From the NCBI GenBank assembly GCA_964016885.1, contig OZ024740.1, positions 249,984,001 through 250,048,000 of the forward strand: a stretch of 64,000 nucleotides of DNA, written 5' to 3'. Positions 13,676 to 27,029 of the stretch are shown here, one piece after another (the first letter of the stretch is position 1; each line of letters opens with the position of its first letter). This stretch comes from Eledone cirrhosa (taxonomy: Eukaryota). Made by a program: the position numbers and the translations under genes. The notes under the pieces were generated by a model, which made no database searches, was not told the origin of the DNA, and worked only from the letters and a program-made list of their open reading frames with translations.

Positions 13676-13678
<3 letters not shown>
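12776..13678. repeat. Tandem ~1.7-copy repeat, ~540-bp unit
   Basis: tactatgaataa.gagttctaaactcaaacagtcc begins at ~12776 and again at ~13313; second copy ends at ...atctcttcagcaagta and runs into (TA)n. Confidence 0.9.
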
Positions 13679-13730
<52 letters not shown>

Positions 13731-13738
13731 ATATATAT

Positions 13739-13771
<33 letters not shown>

Positions 13772-13792
13772 TATATATGTATATATATATAT

Positions 13793-13842
<50 letters not shown>

Positions 13843-14077
13843 GTATATATATATTATATATGTATATATATATTTATATGTATTATATATATATATATTA
13901 TATATATATGTATATATATATATTATATATATATTATATATATTATATATATATTATATATATTATATATATTATATATATTTATATATATTATATATAT
14001 ATATATATTATATATATTATATATATATATTATATATATATATTTATATTATATATATATATATATATTATATATAT

Positions 14078-14109
<32 letters not shown>

Positions 14110-14235
14110 ATATTATATATATTATATATATTATATATATTATATATATATATTATATATATTATATATATATATATATTATATATATATATATTATAAA
14201 TATATATATATGTATATATATATTATATATATATA
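13679..14235. repeat. (TA)n-type microsatellite
   Basis: Direct inspection. Confidence 0.95.
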
Positions 14236-15882
14236 TGTTGATGAATGGCTTGTGAGAGCTATACAAGCCATGTATAAAGAAACAGTCAGCAAGGTTAGAA
14301 TTAACAACGAATATAGTGAAGAGTTTAGCGTAAAAGTTGGTGTTTATCAGGGCTCCGTTCTTAGAGGAGTTCTAGACCGGCTGCCCATGGGAACTCCTAT
14401 ATGCAGATGATCTAACGCTCATAGCTGAATCAATGGCTGAACTAGAGAAGAAATTCCAAACATGGAAGCATGGCCTAGAATCAAAAGGAGTTAAAGTTAA
14501 CTTGTCTAAGACTAAAGTTCTAGTTTGTAGGAAGGAAAATATGGCACCGGTCCCATCTGGGAAATGGCCATGCTCAGTGTGTATAAAGGAGTAGGCAGAA
14601 ACTCCATTTTATGTCCCAAATGCAAAGTATGGGTGCATAAAAGATGTAGTTAGATCACAGGTAAGCTAACTAAGAATATAGATTTTATATGTCGCCGATG
14701 CTCTGGTGCAATAAGTAGCAGCAAGTGCCCACAGAATACTAGCTCATTCCATTGCACAGATGGTTCTATAGAAATAGTGGACACCTTACGTTACCTGGGT
14801 GACAAAATCAGCAGTGAGGGAGGGTGCTCTGAAAGTACAGTAGCTAGAGTCAGAACGGGATGGAAAAAGTTCAGAGAGCTGATACCACTATTGGCCGCTA
14901 AAAGGTCCTCTCTTAAAATGAAAGGCAGGCTGTATGATGCCTGCATACGAACAGCAATGTTAAATGGCAGTGAGACCTGGGCATTGTGGGCAGAGGATAT
15001 AGGCAGACTGGAGAGAAACGAAGCTTGCATGCTTCGCTAGATGTGTAATAGTAATATACGTGAACGGCAAACCATAAATGAACTAAGGGAGAATTAGGAA
15101 TAAGAGGGATCAGATGTTGTTTACTCGAGAGAAGACTACGTTGGTACGGTCACGTGATGCGCATGAAAGACAACAGCTGTATAAAAAAGTGCAGGGCGAT
15201 AAAAATAGACGGTAGCCACAGAGTAGGCAGACCCAGAAAAACCTGGGACGACTTGATAAATTCCGACCTCACACACTTACACCTCTCCAAGACAATGTCA
15301 CTGGACCGAGATCTTTGGCGCCACACAGTAATACAGAAGACCCGCCTTGCCTAAGTACAAAGCGAAACCTACAGTCAGTAGACACCTCTAACAAAAATAC
15401 ACCCCTGTCCCACTACCCCCACCCCATCCACACCACCCCCTTCAATGTGAAGTTATGTTGGTACCACAACATTCAGTCTGAAACAAATGAGGTCGTGTAG
15501 GTGTCACGGTAAAAACACACAGTCCATGCTGTAATGTGGCCGTGTAGGTAACACGGTAAAAACCTCCCAGTCCACACTGTAAACGTGGTTGATGTTAGGA
15601 AGGGCATCCAGCCGTAGAAAACCTGCCAGACGTCTAGGTGTCACGACAAAAAAACATACAGTCCACGCTGTAATGTGGCTGTGTAGGTAACACAGTAAAA
15701 ACCTCCCAGTCCACACTGTAAACGTGGTTGGTGTTAGGAAGGGCATCCAGCCGTAGAAAACCCACCAGACAGTCCTATACGAGCAGGACAACCAATCTTG
15801 CCTCAAGTGGGAAAACTCCCATCCAAACCCATGCAAGCATGGAAGATGGACGTTAAATGATGATGATGATGATGATGATGAT
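14236..15882 (+). mobile_element. 5'-truncated, degraded RTE LINE (family B)
   Basis: VDEWLVRAIQAMYK, GVYQGSVL, YADD, PHD-like segment, RYLGDKIS, GRPRKTW with stops and frameshifts; duplicated 3'-UTR module; (GAT)n tail. Confidence 0.93.
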
Positions 15883-16242
15883 AGATATATATATATATAG
15901 TATATTGGTGTGTATTGTTTAGTTACTGATGGTTCACCAGTTTGAGCAATCGATGCTAATATTTGAGTCCAGCTGGCAAGGATTCTACATTTGGTATTTT
16001 ACCATCGTCAGACTTTAAGAAGCAGAGTGTTAATAAGAATAAGAAAAAGCAGGAACGAAGTATCATTATAACATTATTATATTTATTTACACTTGATGTG
16101 CATTTTAAGATCAGACATGACTCTGGAGCCGGTAGCTCATTAGATTTGTAGATTTTCAGAATCATATAATGATGTTATATTGATACTTCTTTCCTATTCA
16201 TTATTATTATTATTATATATATATATATCCTTATATATATAT

Positions 16243-16322
16243 ATCCTTACGGGGTCGATAAAATAAAGTACCAGTAATGCACTGGGTAATTGCTGGCCTT
16301 GTGCCAAAAGTAGAAACAATTA
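16243..16322 (+). mobile_element. 3' fragment of tRNA-derived SINE
   Basis: atccttacggggtcgataaaataaagtaccagtaatg...gtagaaacaatt shared with 48230-48410 and the reverse complement of 17454-17570. Confidence 0.8.
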
Positions 16323-16328
16323 TATATA

Positions 16329-16883
16329 TACAGTGTATACTCATGTCTCTTTTTTTTTTTTTTTGTATTCTCATTTAAAATTCGAATTTTTAAGACTACT
16401 TTATAAGGTTAAATTTATGAGGTCGACTATAACATTGATACTACTTTTGAGGGGCTTGAAATTTGAATTCAAAGCACTGAATCAGTAGTAGAAGCCCAAC
16501 TGATCTCGAAATGAACAAAAACAATGAGTTACAGTAATATTACTGATTCTATGTATCGAAACACATGTCCTAGTAAATAACAAAATCCATAAACAAGGCC
16601 ACATAGTAGCTCTTATAAATATTTACACTTGTTCTTTTACTTATATCCATCAAACTTTTGGCACACATTTGGGTAAATTTTTAGTTCCAAACATGTATTT
16701 GCAATAATGTAAATTTGCCTTAAATTCATGACTATTTTGTAACAGTGTTATTTTTACATACAGGACAAAAGACTGACCCACAAATGTTGACCTGTTATCA
16801 AGGTCTATGGAAAATTGCTAATTTTTTTGCCCAAAATATGGGTCAACTGTTACATGAGATTAACTATTCGAGTATATACAGTA
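16329..16883. mobile_element. Possible Tigger/pogo-type MITE remnant
   Basis: Imperfect terminal inverted repeats tacagtgtatactc ... gagtatatacagta flanked by TA. Confidence 0.35.
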
Positions 16884-17453
16884 TAAATATATACACACAC
16901 ACATATAGCTGTGAAACTACTTTATATATTATTCTACTTTATGTATTAAGTCCTATTTCTCCTTTTTGTACAATCACACACATATTTATAATTTATAGTT
17001 CATTTATATTTTATCTTTCTTAAAACAATAATTTCTCTTATTTTTCTGTTTTATTATTTTATTTTTAATGTCTTGTCTGCTGTTTCTTGTTAAATAAAAA
17101 ATTATATGGAATATTTATAGTAAAATGTTTTTACCATCTGTAGAAATTAACACAAAATAAAATATAAAAAAGAGAACAAAAAACAACTGTTCCAAGGATT
17201 TAAAATCCTGCTAATACAAATCCTCCATTTTATTAAAAAACAATTTTTTTAACCTTCATTTCATTCATAAGTGTCAATGAGTGTCCCAACATGGTTACAG
17301 TTAACTGGTTTAAACCAGTAAAAATGTAAATTACACATACATTACACACACTGAGATGAGTTAATATACATTATTGATATAACTTGTTGATCTGTTTAAT
17401 AATTTATTCATAATGAGGATGTTTGATGAAGTATAGAAAAGAAGAAACAATAA

Positions 17454-17570
17454 TAATTGTTTCTACTTTAGGCACAAGGCCAGCAATTACCCAGTGCATT
17501 ACTGGTACTTTATTTTATCGACCCCGTAAGGATGAAAGGCAAAGTTAACCCCGGCGGGATTTGAACTTAA
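17454..17570 (-). mobile_element. tRNA-derived SINE fragment
   Basis: Reverse complement reads agttcaaatcccgccggggttaactttgcctttcatccttacggggtcgataaa; B-box-like GTTCAAATCC. Confidence 0.82.
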
Positions 17571-18059
17571 AGAGATAATACTCTTGAGAAATGCATAAAG
17601 ATAACATCCAATTTTCCTTTCCATATAAATCTACGGCTTTGTGTTTAATTTTTTTTTTTTAAATCAATAACTACAAAAAGCAATTTGGAAATATAAAATT
17701 TCCCTTCGAGTTGGAAATTTTCAGGAAGAATCTACTTTGATTTAATCTTGTGATTAAAATTATTATTATTTTTTTACTTTGCAGGGAAATGGGACCAGTA
17801 TTTATATATCCCCTATGAGAAATATATATTTTAGTTATTTGAACAACCATTAGTCTTTCTCCAGACGTCAGAAAATTTCTTTTTCTCTCTTTAGAAACCA
17901 TTTTTTTTTTCTTTTGAAAATATATTCTGGATCACTCCATTTGTGGCTGTCAGATGGTTATAAACTGCTGTTGATGTGTCATTGTGGCAAAAGAAAAAAA
18001 AAAAAAGGCATAAGCTTGGAAGCAAATAAAAATGCTTTTAATAACAAATCTACTAACTT

Positions 18060-19184
18060 TATTGACCAGCAACATATATGTAATTATGCATAAATATCTT
18101 TAGAATATAATGTATAGCCTTTATTCTAAATGACTCCCTTGTGCAGCAATAACAGCTTCTAAACCTTCGTCGAACATCTTTCACCAAAGCACGCAACATT
18201 TCTTGGGGAATTTCTTTCCAAGTGCTCTGTAAGGATGCCTTGAAATCATTGACTGTCTTATGGACTTTCGAACAGAGCTTTTCTTCAAAGATAGACCATA
18301 CAGAAAAGTCCACAGGTTTCAAATCAGGAGGCCACATTTCTTTTGACCAGACCCTCAGAAGATAGTCTCTGCACCAAGCTTGTGTGACATTTGCTGTATA
18401 GGCGGTGGCTCCATCCTGTTGGGAGGTCCCAATATAATCACAGATAATGATTAGTTGCAGAAGCAAGCATAGGCTCCAGAATACTATTTCATGTAAGTTT
18501 GGGAGCTGATTTTTATCCTTTTTTCCACAAAAAGGAGAGGAGACCTCCAAGAGGATGCAAAAGCCCCTTCGACCATACATTTCATTGTATTGAATACAGA
18601 TTTTGGGTCAACACTGATTGCTGATGCTTTTTTTCCAAAGACTCTTCAGTTGTGTGTCTGCTCCACAATGAAAATCTTTTCATCTGACCAGACAATTTCC
18701 TTCACCATGCCACGTTTCATTTCTTTAAGCAAATTCTTGCTTCTCCCTAGCCTTTATTTGTTTTGTCTTTTCAGAAAGGGTTTGACTCTTCTGAAGGGTA
18801 AAGGAAGACCGTCCGAAGTCATCATTGATGATCTTTCTCATACTTGGACGACTTTTGCCATTTTTCTCATGGACCTTTTCGGATTTCTTCTTATCCTTTC
18901 TCGAAAGGAGTCCGTTTTTAGTTTGTGATCTTCCACTCTTGGGTCTATCTGACAAATCTCCTTGCTCATTAATATGCTTCACAGCTTTCCAAGCAGTATA
19001 TCTAGCAACTGAAAGTAACTTTGCAATATTCTCTATTGGATGATATTTTCTTTAAGAAATTCAAATAAAGTTCAATATGTTTACATAGACTAAACCTGAT
19101 GATAAAAGAAGATTAATGATATACTTACAACACTTTTAGAAATCAAATTTCAAAAATTTGTTTCCGAACCTTTGCCCCACCCTG
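18060..19184 (-). mobile_element. Decayed Tc1/mariner transposon
   Basis: Fragments DRPKSGR, QQDGATAYTA, WPPDLKPVDFSVWS; 5' end TA-CAGGGTGGGGCAA at 19184. Confidence 0.85.
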
Positions 19185-19742
19185 TATAGTAATTGCTGAT
19201 TACTAATGCAAAGAAATTATCTTCATTATTATTATTATTCTATTACTATTATGGATGTAAAATCCATTCCTGTTTGAAACTATTTCAATTCTATGATGCC
19301 TCTACTTTTTGGAAACATTTGAGCATCACTACAACTTCCTGTACTCTAGAACCAACCAGGCTTCATGCCTATCCTCCTCACATATCCCACTGGTTAGATT
19401 CGTCTGTTCAATTGTTCTTCAGATCTAACATTCACCAATATTTTTTTTACTTCAATGATCATGGTGATGCTGTCATTGACCAACCTTCAAATATACATTG
19501 TTCTTAATGTGCTGTGTGACTTTGAATCTTGTTATTCTATTTTTAAAATTAAATTTGGTGACCCTGTTAAACCACATGCTTAAGATGAAGTTGTTTTTTT
19601 TTTTTAATCAGAGGCTCAGAATAAAATGTGGAGGATTATAAACCCAAAATATGGTGGGTCCTCTCTGAAATGAAAATTTTGTACCATAAAAGTGATGATT
19701 CAGAGGCTAAAAAAGAAATGTAAAGATTTACATACAGGTATA

Positions 19743-19941
19743 TATATATATCATAAAACATGTCTTTAGAATCACTAGATATAATATATATACCATTTCC
19801 TCTCCCAATTAGCATAATTAACCATATAAAAAATCAATTAGACCAAGCTATTAATTTTTTATATGGTTAATTATGCTAATTGGGAGAGGAAATGGTATAT
19901 ATTATATCTAGTGATTCTAAAGACATGTTTTATGATATATA
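19743..19941. repeat. Inverted repeat, ~90-bp arms, ~20-bp spacer
   Basis: atcataaaacatgtctttagaatcactag...ttaaccatataaaaaa versus ttttttatatggttaa...ctagtgattctaaagacatgttttatgat. Confidence 0.9.
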
Positions 19942-20039
19942 GCTCTGATTATTTAATTTATTAATTCTTCATTGAGCCACAACGTGACCTGTTGCAAAAC
20001 ACATATATATCTATGACTTTATATATATGTAAACCTTTA

Positions 20040-20074
<35 letters not shown>

Positions 20075-20076
<2 letters not shown>

Positions 20077-20693
20077 TCTTTGCCCACTTCTTCCTGTGTG
20101 AGTAGTGGGTGTGCCATCCAGAGGGTCCTTTTGGAGGCAACCTTCGCCAAAATATCCAGCTGGATCCACATGTAGGATCAACTGAAGTTATAGATTTTAT
20201 TCAACCATCATGCTCATGGTCTACCTCTGAGTCTCCAGCCAGTTAGCTTTGTTGTAAAATCTGTCCTATAATTCTTTCCTTAAACATTCTAACCACATAT
20301 CTATAGTACTGGAGCTGTGGTCTCTTGATGCGGAGAAGTAGTAACTCTACCTGGAGTGACTCTCTGATCTCCGACTTACACATCCTATTGAGTAATGTTA
20401 CTCTATCTGTGGTCATGTTCTTTCGGTCATAACCCAAAATTCATGACTATAGGTAAGGGTAGGCACTAATACTAAATTAAAGATAGTGAGTTTGGCTTTT
20501 ACACCTACCTCCTTTCTTCTGATGACCAAGTGCTAAAACTGGTGTAACCCCCAACCACATGCAAAGGCTTTCTTGAGAAGATGAATGTCTGAGTCTTTGT
20601 AACATTGATTTTCATTCCTGTCTTGCAGCACTTGGCAGCAAACCTATCCACAAGATGTTTAGTTCTCTGTTGTGCCTGAGGCTCAGAAGGCAA
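20075..20693 (-). mobile_element. Old non-LTR (RTE-like) retrotransposon 3' remnant
   Basis: GMKINVTKTQT, SEIRESLQVELLLLRIKRPQLQYYRYVVRM; related remnant at ~25320-25680. Confidence 0.65.
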
Positions 20694-20782
20694 TATAGAT
20701 ATGTATACTATATATATGTTTGGATCTCCGTTGAATTAAAAGTGTGTGTATATATATATATATATATTGTATTATATTATAT

Positions 20783-21005
20783 TATTTATTTATGTTCATA
20801 CATGGAACAAATTTACTAGCCAAGGATTCAAGGCCCAGAATACAAGAGGCATCAAATTAATGACCTTTTTTCTGGTGCTTATACAAGTTTATATCTCGTA
20901 TTAACACCTGAAGAAAGGTCACTTGTATTATGGAGTTGTGGTCAAATTTAGGCCTTAAAACCTTGGCTAGTGGTTTTGTTCCATGTATGAACATAAATGA
21001 ATAAT
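20783..21005 (+). mobile_element. Inverted-repeat element with degenerate hammerhead-like motif
   Basis: Arms 20783-20836 and 20950-21005; cac CUGAAGA aagguc...ggccuu AAAA ccuuggc UA gug at 20905-20972 (the inverted arm reads GAAU at the GAAA position). Confidence 0.5.
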
Positions 21006-21384
21006 ATATTTCTACTATCTTCCTGATTGAGCATTGTTTTCTTTTTTCATTTTCACATCTATGGATATTGCTACATATGCATACACACACACATATATAT
21101 ATACATAGTAAAATGTTTGCTTCTTTGAGTCAGAGGCTCAGAATGAAATGTACAAAAATATTGAATTCTGGGCTCTAATTGAGCTAAACACTGAAAATAC
21201 GGCTTGGATCAGATAGAATAAAAAATGAATTGTGACCTTTTGTGATGCCATATTCAATTGATATTTTATGGTTAAGGTATATAGTTTTTAAACCTTAAAT
21301 TTCTGTGGAGATTTCCTCCCTCTCTCTTCAAAAAATTTATTGATTGATTCATGAAGAAAGATCTCAATGATTTTTTTTTAGTTC

Positions 21385-21390
21385 TATCTC

Positions 21391-21459
<69 letters not shown>

Positions 21460-21624
21460 ATATATTTATACATATATTTATATATATATTTATACATATA
21501 TTTATATATATATATATATATTTATACATATATTTATATATATATTTATATATATATTTATACATATATTTATATATATATTTATATATATATTTATACA
21601 TATATTTATATATATATATATACA

Positions 21625-21656
<32 letters not shown>
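21385..21656. repeat. (ATCT)n followed by AT-rich 12-mer/(TA)n microsatellite
   Basis: Direct inspection. Confidence 0.9.
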
Positions 21657-21661
<5 letters not shown>

Positions 21662-24339
21662 GATGTATTATCTTCGTTTTTTCCGTTCATTGCCAGAGAA
21701 CGTCTCTATGAACCACTTAATAGAATATTAGTCTACGACTTCTTTTATACCATAAACGTGGTTTTGTGTTCGCGTGTAATTGTTTTTCACCGCTCCAAAT
21801 AATGACGTATTATATTTGTTTTTTCCCGTTCTTTGCCAGGGAACGTTTCCACGAACCAAAACATCGTCTTCCTGTCTTCCTCCGGTTGTAACGTTTTTTG
21901 AAATGTTCACTTCTGCGTTCACAGATTGACTTTGTTAGTTTCAGAAGATCCTGTTAAAGGTGAAAGCAGCGATTCTTTGCTTAAACTTTAATCTGTTATT
22001 TTAATAAATATTTGCTCTACGGTTCTTATATATTTGATATATATCCTTATCGCGCCCTCTTTGGATTTTAGTCTTCAAATTTATTATTATTACTACTATT
22101 ATTATTATTATTATTACTATATATATATATTTATATTTTTTTTTTTATGTTTATAATTAATTTCTAAATTTTAACCAAATGTCATTCTAGTAAAGTTTTT
22201 ATTAGAAGTTAATGCTATTTAAATTTTCATTTATTTCTTTATTAGTTTAATTAAATTTAATTTGATTAATTAAAAACATTTTTCCTTTATTTTTCTCTCA
22301 TTTTGTATAGTTTTGGATGTGCAATTTCCCAGAAAAGATGTGATTACTCTAGGATAAGCCACCTAACTTTATTTTTGTGCTTTTACTTCGTAAGAGATTT
22401 AGGGCTCCCAAATATACCTAGCAAAATGAAAAACAAAAGTGACCCCCAAAAAACAAACTCCACACTCACTGTTGAACAATATATCTCATCTAAACTTCAC
22501 AGACAAGTTAGGCAAAAATGCTGCATCACTGCATCAGCCATTCCACTTCATGGGGTTCCTTTCTCAGACACAATGTCCTCATCCCAATTTGGCAGAAGAA
22601 AGCAACAGTCTGGGGACTAAGGATGCTAAAGGTCTCAACTGTATTTGCCTGTCATAAAATGCTTTTTGTTTTAAGAAATCATCCTGTAAGATTTTTTCTC
22701 CATCTTACAATTATGCTACACAAACTGCTGTCTGTGAATTGAGAAATTGTTCTATTATATTTATTTAGGAATTCTATATACCATCTTCCTCCTAGTCAGT
22801 CAAAAGAAGCCCAAAGATTTATTTTTATCTTTTCTTGTTTTTTTTCTCTCCACCCCAGCTGTTTTTTTATTTTATTACTCACTGTTGTCTGAAGTATTTG
22901 TTTCTGAGTCTTGTGAGATTATGATAATGATAATAGTGATAATAACCAGACAAGTTTATCTCTGGCCTTTTTTCATCTCTTGTTTCCATGATTGTGTAAT
23001 TACAAAGTCAATAAAAAAAAAAACTCTTGGGAATGTCAGTAAGTTTTTTAAAAATTATATTTATTATATTTCAATTTTTAAATAGCATTTTAGACAAAGT
23101 AGGGTTATATAAGCAACATCTGTGAGTCAATGTACATCCTTTCTTCCTTTCTTATATCCCAAACTCTTGATAGAGTTGTAGGGATACTGTCAGGATATTT
23201 AGCATGTTTTGGGCATTTTAAACCCACTGAAGCCCATCTTTCACCAGCTCTGTACACAGCCAATTTCTTAGAGAGAGAAAAAGAATCAGCTCTAATACTA
23301 GAATAACCTTGAAAGAATGAAAGACAAACTTGACCAAGGTGGAATTTGAACCAAGAGCACAGAAGTACCAGATCAAATATCACAAGGAACACTATCTGAT
23401 GTGATATTGTTATGAATCTGCCAATCCAATGCCTTAATCTACTTGGCGCTGTAGGTGACTGAAGGCTCCGATAGAGTAATCTCTCCTTAATACATAATAC
23501 AGTATCAAGGGAAGCAATTCACAAAAAAGAAATTCAGTCTCCAGAAGGTTAAACACATATATATGTACATCATGAATTAGTAGCATAGTGGATAAGAGTA
23601 CCAGTGGTTTAGAAATAAAGGTTCTTGGCTGGAGTCCATTGAAATACTATGTATGGATGCTGCATAGCTGAAAGTTTAAGAGTTCCGATCCTACTAAGTG
23701 GCATCTTAGGCAAGTATCATTTACTATATATAGCCTCAGGTCAACCCATACCTTGTGAGTGAAACTGGGTAGAAACTGTTTGGAAGCCTATCAGAATGAC
23801 TGTGTAATTGAAAGGGCCAGCCTTGTCACACACTGAACCCTAGAGAGAATTACTTTAATGGGACACATCTCTGTGGAATGCTCAGCCACTTGCACAGGCT
23901 GTTCCATTGATTGAACAACTGAAACACTTATCATTGAAACTGATGGTACTCCATTCCACTCCAATGAAGATCATGACTTGCTATGTGATTGCTTGAATAT
24001 TGTGTCTGCAACTGGCTGATGAAACTGATTTTAATATGGAAATAATGACCATTTGTGATCTGTTGCTTCATTTGTAGTACCAACTAACCAGATTTAGCAG
24101 AACTCTCATTTCGTTATTGCTATATAGTGTGTTCCTTATGAAAATGTTACACCATTGCTGATGAGGGTGTGCTATAGAAGCCTGTCTGAGCAAATTATTC
24201 CCAAGATTAGGGAAGCCTGACACACCTCACATTATGTCAGACACCATCCACTTACTTTAAGGCCTCCTTCATGATCCCAGCTCTTCCAGCAGTGATTTGT
24301 GCTCCAGTGCCTCCTTGGCAAGACCAAATACACTGAGCA

Positions 24340-24630
24340 CTGTAATTAGGTAGTGTTGGTGCCACAACAAAAATACCCAGTCCACCATGTAAGGGGGTAG
24401 TGCTGGAGACAGTAAAATGCTTCCGGTACAAGCTGTATAGTGATTGGTGTTAGGAAGGGCATCCAGCAATAGAAACCATGCTCCCAGTGCATGCTGTGAA
24501 GTGGTTGGCATTAGGAAGGGCATCCAGCTGTAGAAACAAAGCTTACAAGCAAGACATACTCACTTGACTTGTCTGATTTCAGCATGCAACCATAGAAAAT
24601 AGATGTTAAACAATTATGATGAGGATGATG
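24340..24630 (+). mobile_element. Degenerate RTE-derived bipartite SINE
   Basis: Two ttaggaagggcatccagc motifs followed by a ...gatgttaaac...gatgatg tail. Confidence 0.7.
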
Positions 24631-26045
24631 ATTCTATGTACATATCTAAGAATAAGACACCTGAACAAGCCAATCAAAACATGTTGATGTAAATATTAGA
24701 AAAAAGGTTTCATCTCAAAAGATGATATAATTAAGTAAACCCTTTTATTTAGATGTAGGTGAATGATGTATCTATTCTAAAAACTGAAATACACACAGAT
24801 AAGATACACTTTGGTTATAATTCCATACACATTGAGAATGCTTTATGTTTATATTAAATTGATTCCAGTTCTTAACTTATATTTTTTATCCATCACCCAA
24901 GAAAGATAAACGGAAAATTTGGTCTGAAGGTAGGTATTTGAACTCAGAATCATCATCATCGTCACCATCGTTTAATGTCTATCTTCCACGCTAGCATGGG
25001 TTAGACAGGATATGAAGAGCAAAAAAAAATGTCTAAAACTTTCAGAGGCTCATCAAGCTGTAACTTATCTCAGTTTCATTGGTGTTAAATGACAGAGTAC
25101 AAAACTTTCCCCTGGGTGGGATACATGTCCATTGCGGGATTAACCCCCTTGCTGCTGCTTGTACACATTTTTATCATAAAGCAGAACAATATGAAGTATT
25201 TTGATCAAGAACACAATGTATCTGCCAGTTTGTGAATCAGATATATAATCTTACATTTGTGAGCCCAACACCTTAACCATTAGGCTATGCAACTCCTTCT
25301 TCTTGAGAGAGTTGTGAGGGCAGAGTCCTCAAACTCTCCTTCCAGTGGGTCCTGTTGGAAGTAACCTACTCCAAAGCAAAACCAACCAAACTCATGGATG
25401 TTATCCAACTATCTCCTGGGTTTCCTGCCGGTTGGTTTTGCCCATAAAATCTGTCCAGCGATTCTTTTCTGAGACATTCTAACCACATGCCCATAGTATC
25501 GGAGCTGTGATATCTCAGTTCAGAGTAATAGGGACTCTCTTATCTTTGAGCTATGCATTCTATCAGGTAACATTACTCCAAAGACCCTTTGGAGGAACCC
25601 CATTTTTGCTGCTTGTATTTGTGATTATATTCTTTTCGTCATTACCCAAGATTCCTGACCATAAGTAAGGGTTGGCTTATTTTACTAAATCCTTCCAAAT
25701 TCTTAATTAAAATAACAAAAGTATTGATATCCAAATGCTAATTCAAAGACTGAAAAATTAGGGTTTAATGTGAAAATGTTCCATGGAATAATACATTACA
25801 ATTATAGCCATATCTCCCAATAATGATAATTGCAGGAGATTAAGACTGGTTGTTGTCCTTAGATTTTAACCTAGATTCACCTGTGTAAATAAAAAATCTG
25901 GAGGAATTCTGTAACCATAGCAACTGCTTATTCGCTGACAGCAATCACTGCCACATATCAAATAGTTATGACAAATCTACACTTAGTTAAACAAATCTAA
26001 ATCTCTTCTTCCAGCCTCTTGCACACATATATACATGAATATGCA

Positions 26046-26101
<56 letters not shown>

Positions 26102-26102
26102 G

Positions 26103-26252
26103 TTAGAAAGTGAACAACACAAAATATAACTACTCCATTACCAAAGGTTTCTGGATCCCAGACAATATTAATATACATCTGGATCGGTCTGATGACTGAT
26201 CCAGAAACCTTTGGTAATGGAATAGCTATATTTTGTGTTGTTCACTTTCTAA
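26103..26252. repeat. Inverted repeat, ~55-bp arms, containing hammerhead core pieces
   Basis: ttagaaagtgaacaacacaaaatata...aaaggtttctggatc versus gatccagaaacctttgg...gtgttgttcactttctaa; CUGAUGA..GAAA-CCUUUGG-UA on the + strand. Confidence 0.85.
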
Positions 26253-27029
26253 TTAAATAGCTCTGTTCTATACATAGAGCACTCTTTTTTCATTTGCTTT
26301 TTCTTTTGGAAATACTTAAAATATATATATATAAATCTGTAACGGCGGAGGGTACGTTTGTGTATGGTTGTTCTCACTGTAGTAGAAGAGTGAATGATGA
26401 AGATGATGATGTTGTAATTTGGTTGTAGATAATTGCAATAGGTAACCAATGTGTACATCTGTTGGAAAGCGAATGTGTTTTGTCCGTAGGGAAATTGATT
26501 TCCCCGATCACATTGCTAGGAGTATGGAAGAAGAAAAGAATGAAAGAATTTGTGTTGCACGAGGAATGTGCATGAGATGTTTGGATAGGATGAATGCGAG
26601 TGTTCAGTGATAAAGGAAATTTGCCTTATAGAAGTGGCTGGCTGCTATTTCTTCTGGCCCTGCCCACAGGCAGGGCGGTGGGATGTTGGCTGTGACTTAA
26701 TGGCTCAGGTACCTTGATTCAATTTTGTTGATGTGTTGAAATGCAGATGGAATAATGTTGCTGGCCCCTTGTCGAGAGGGCCTAAATTTTTGTTGAGTGT
26801 TACATCTTGCTAGTTGCATCAGCAGGTCGATTTAATGCATCTGTTGCGAGAGACCAGAATAATTATTTTCTCTTCACCTCAAACTGACATGGGACTCCAG
26901 ACAAACTGACGCTAATCCAGATAAAAGAGAAAATGATAGCTAGGTACCAACCGGGGGTCAGTGTGTGAAGAGATTTCGCTATATATGATCATCATCATTT
27001 AACTCAGGGAAAGCTCTGCTTTGATGATT

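Noticed and set aside
15985-16012. Minus-strand CUGACGA + stem UGGUA/UACCA
   Set aside because: GAAA and stem I are missing; too degenerate to call a hammerhead.
22303-22742. Cluster of short ORFs after a polypyrimidine/AG site
   Set aside because: No recognisable protein in any frame and no consistent exon chain.
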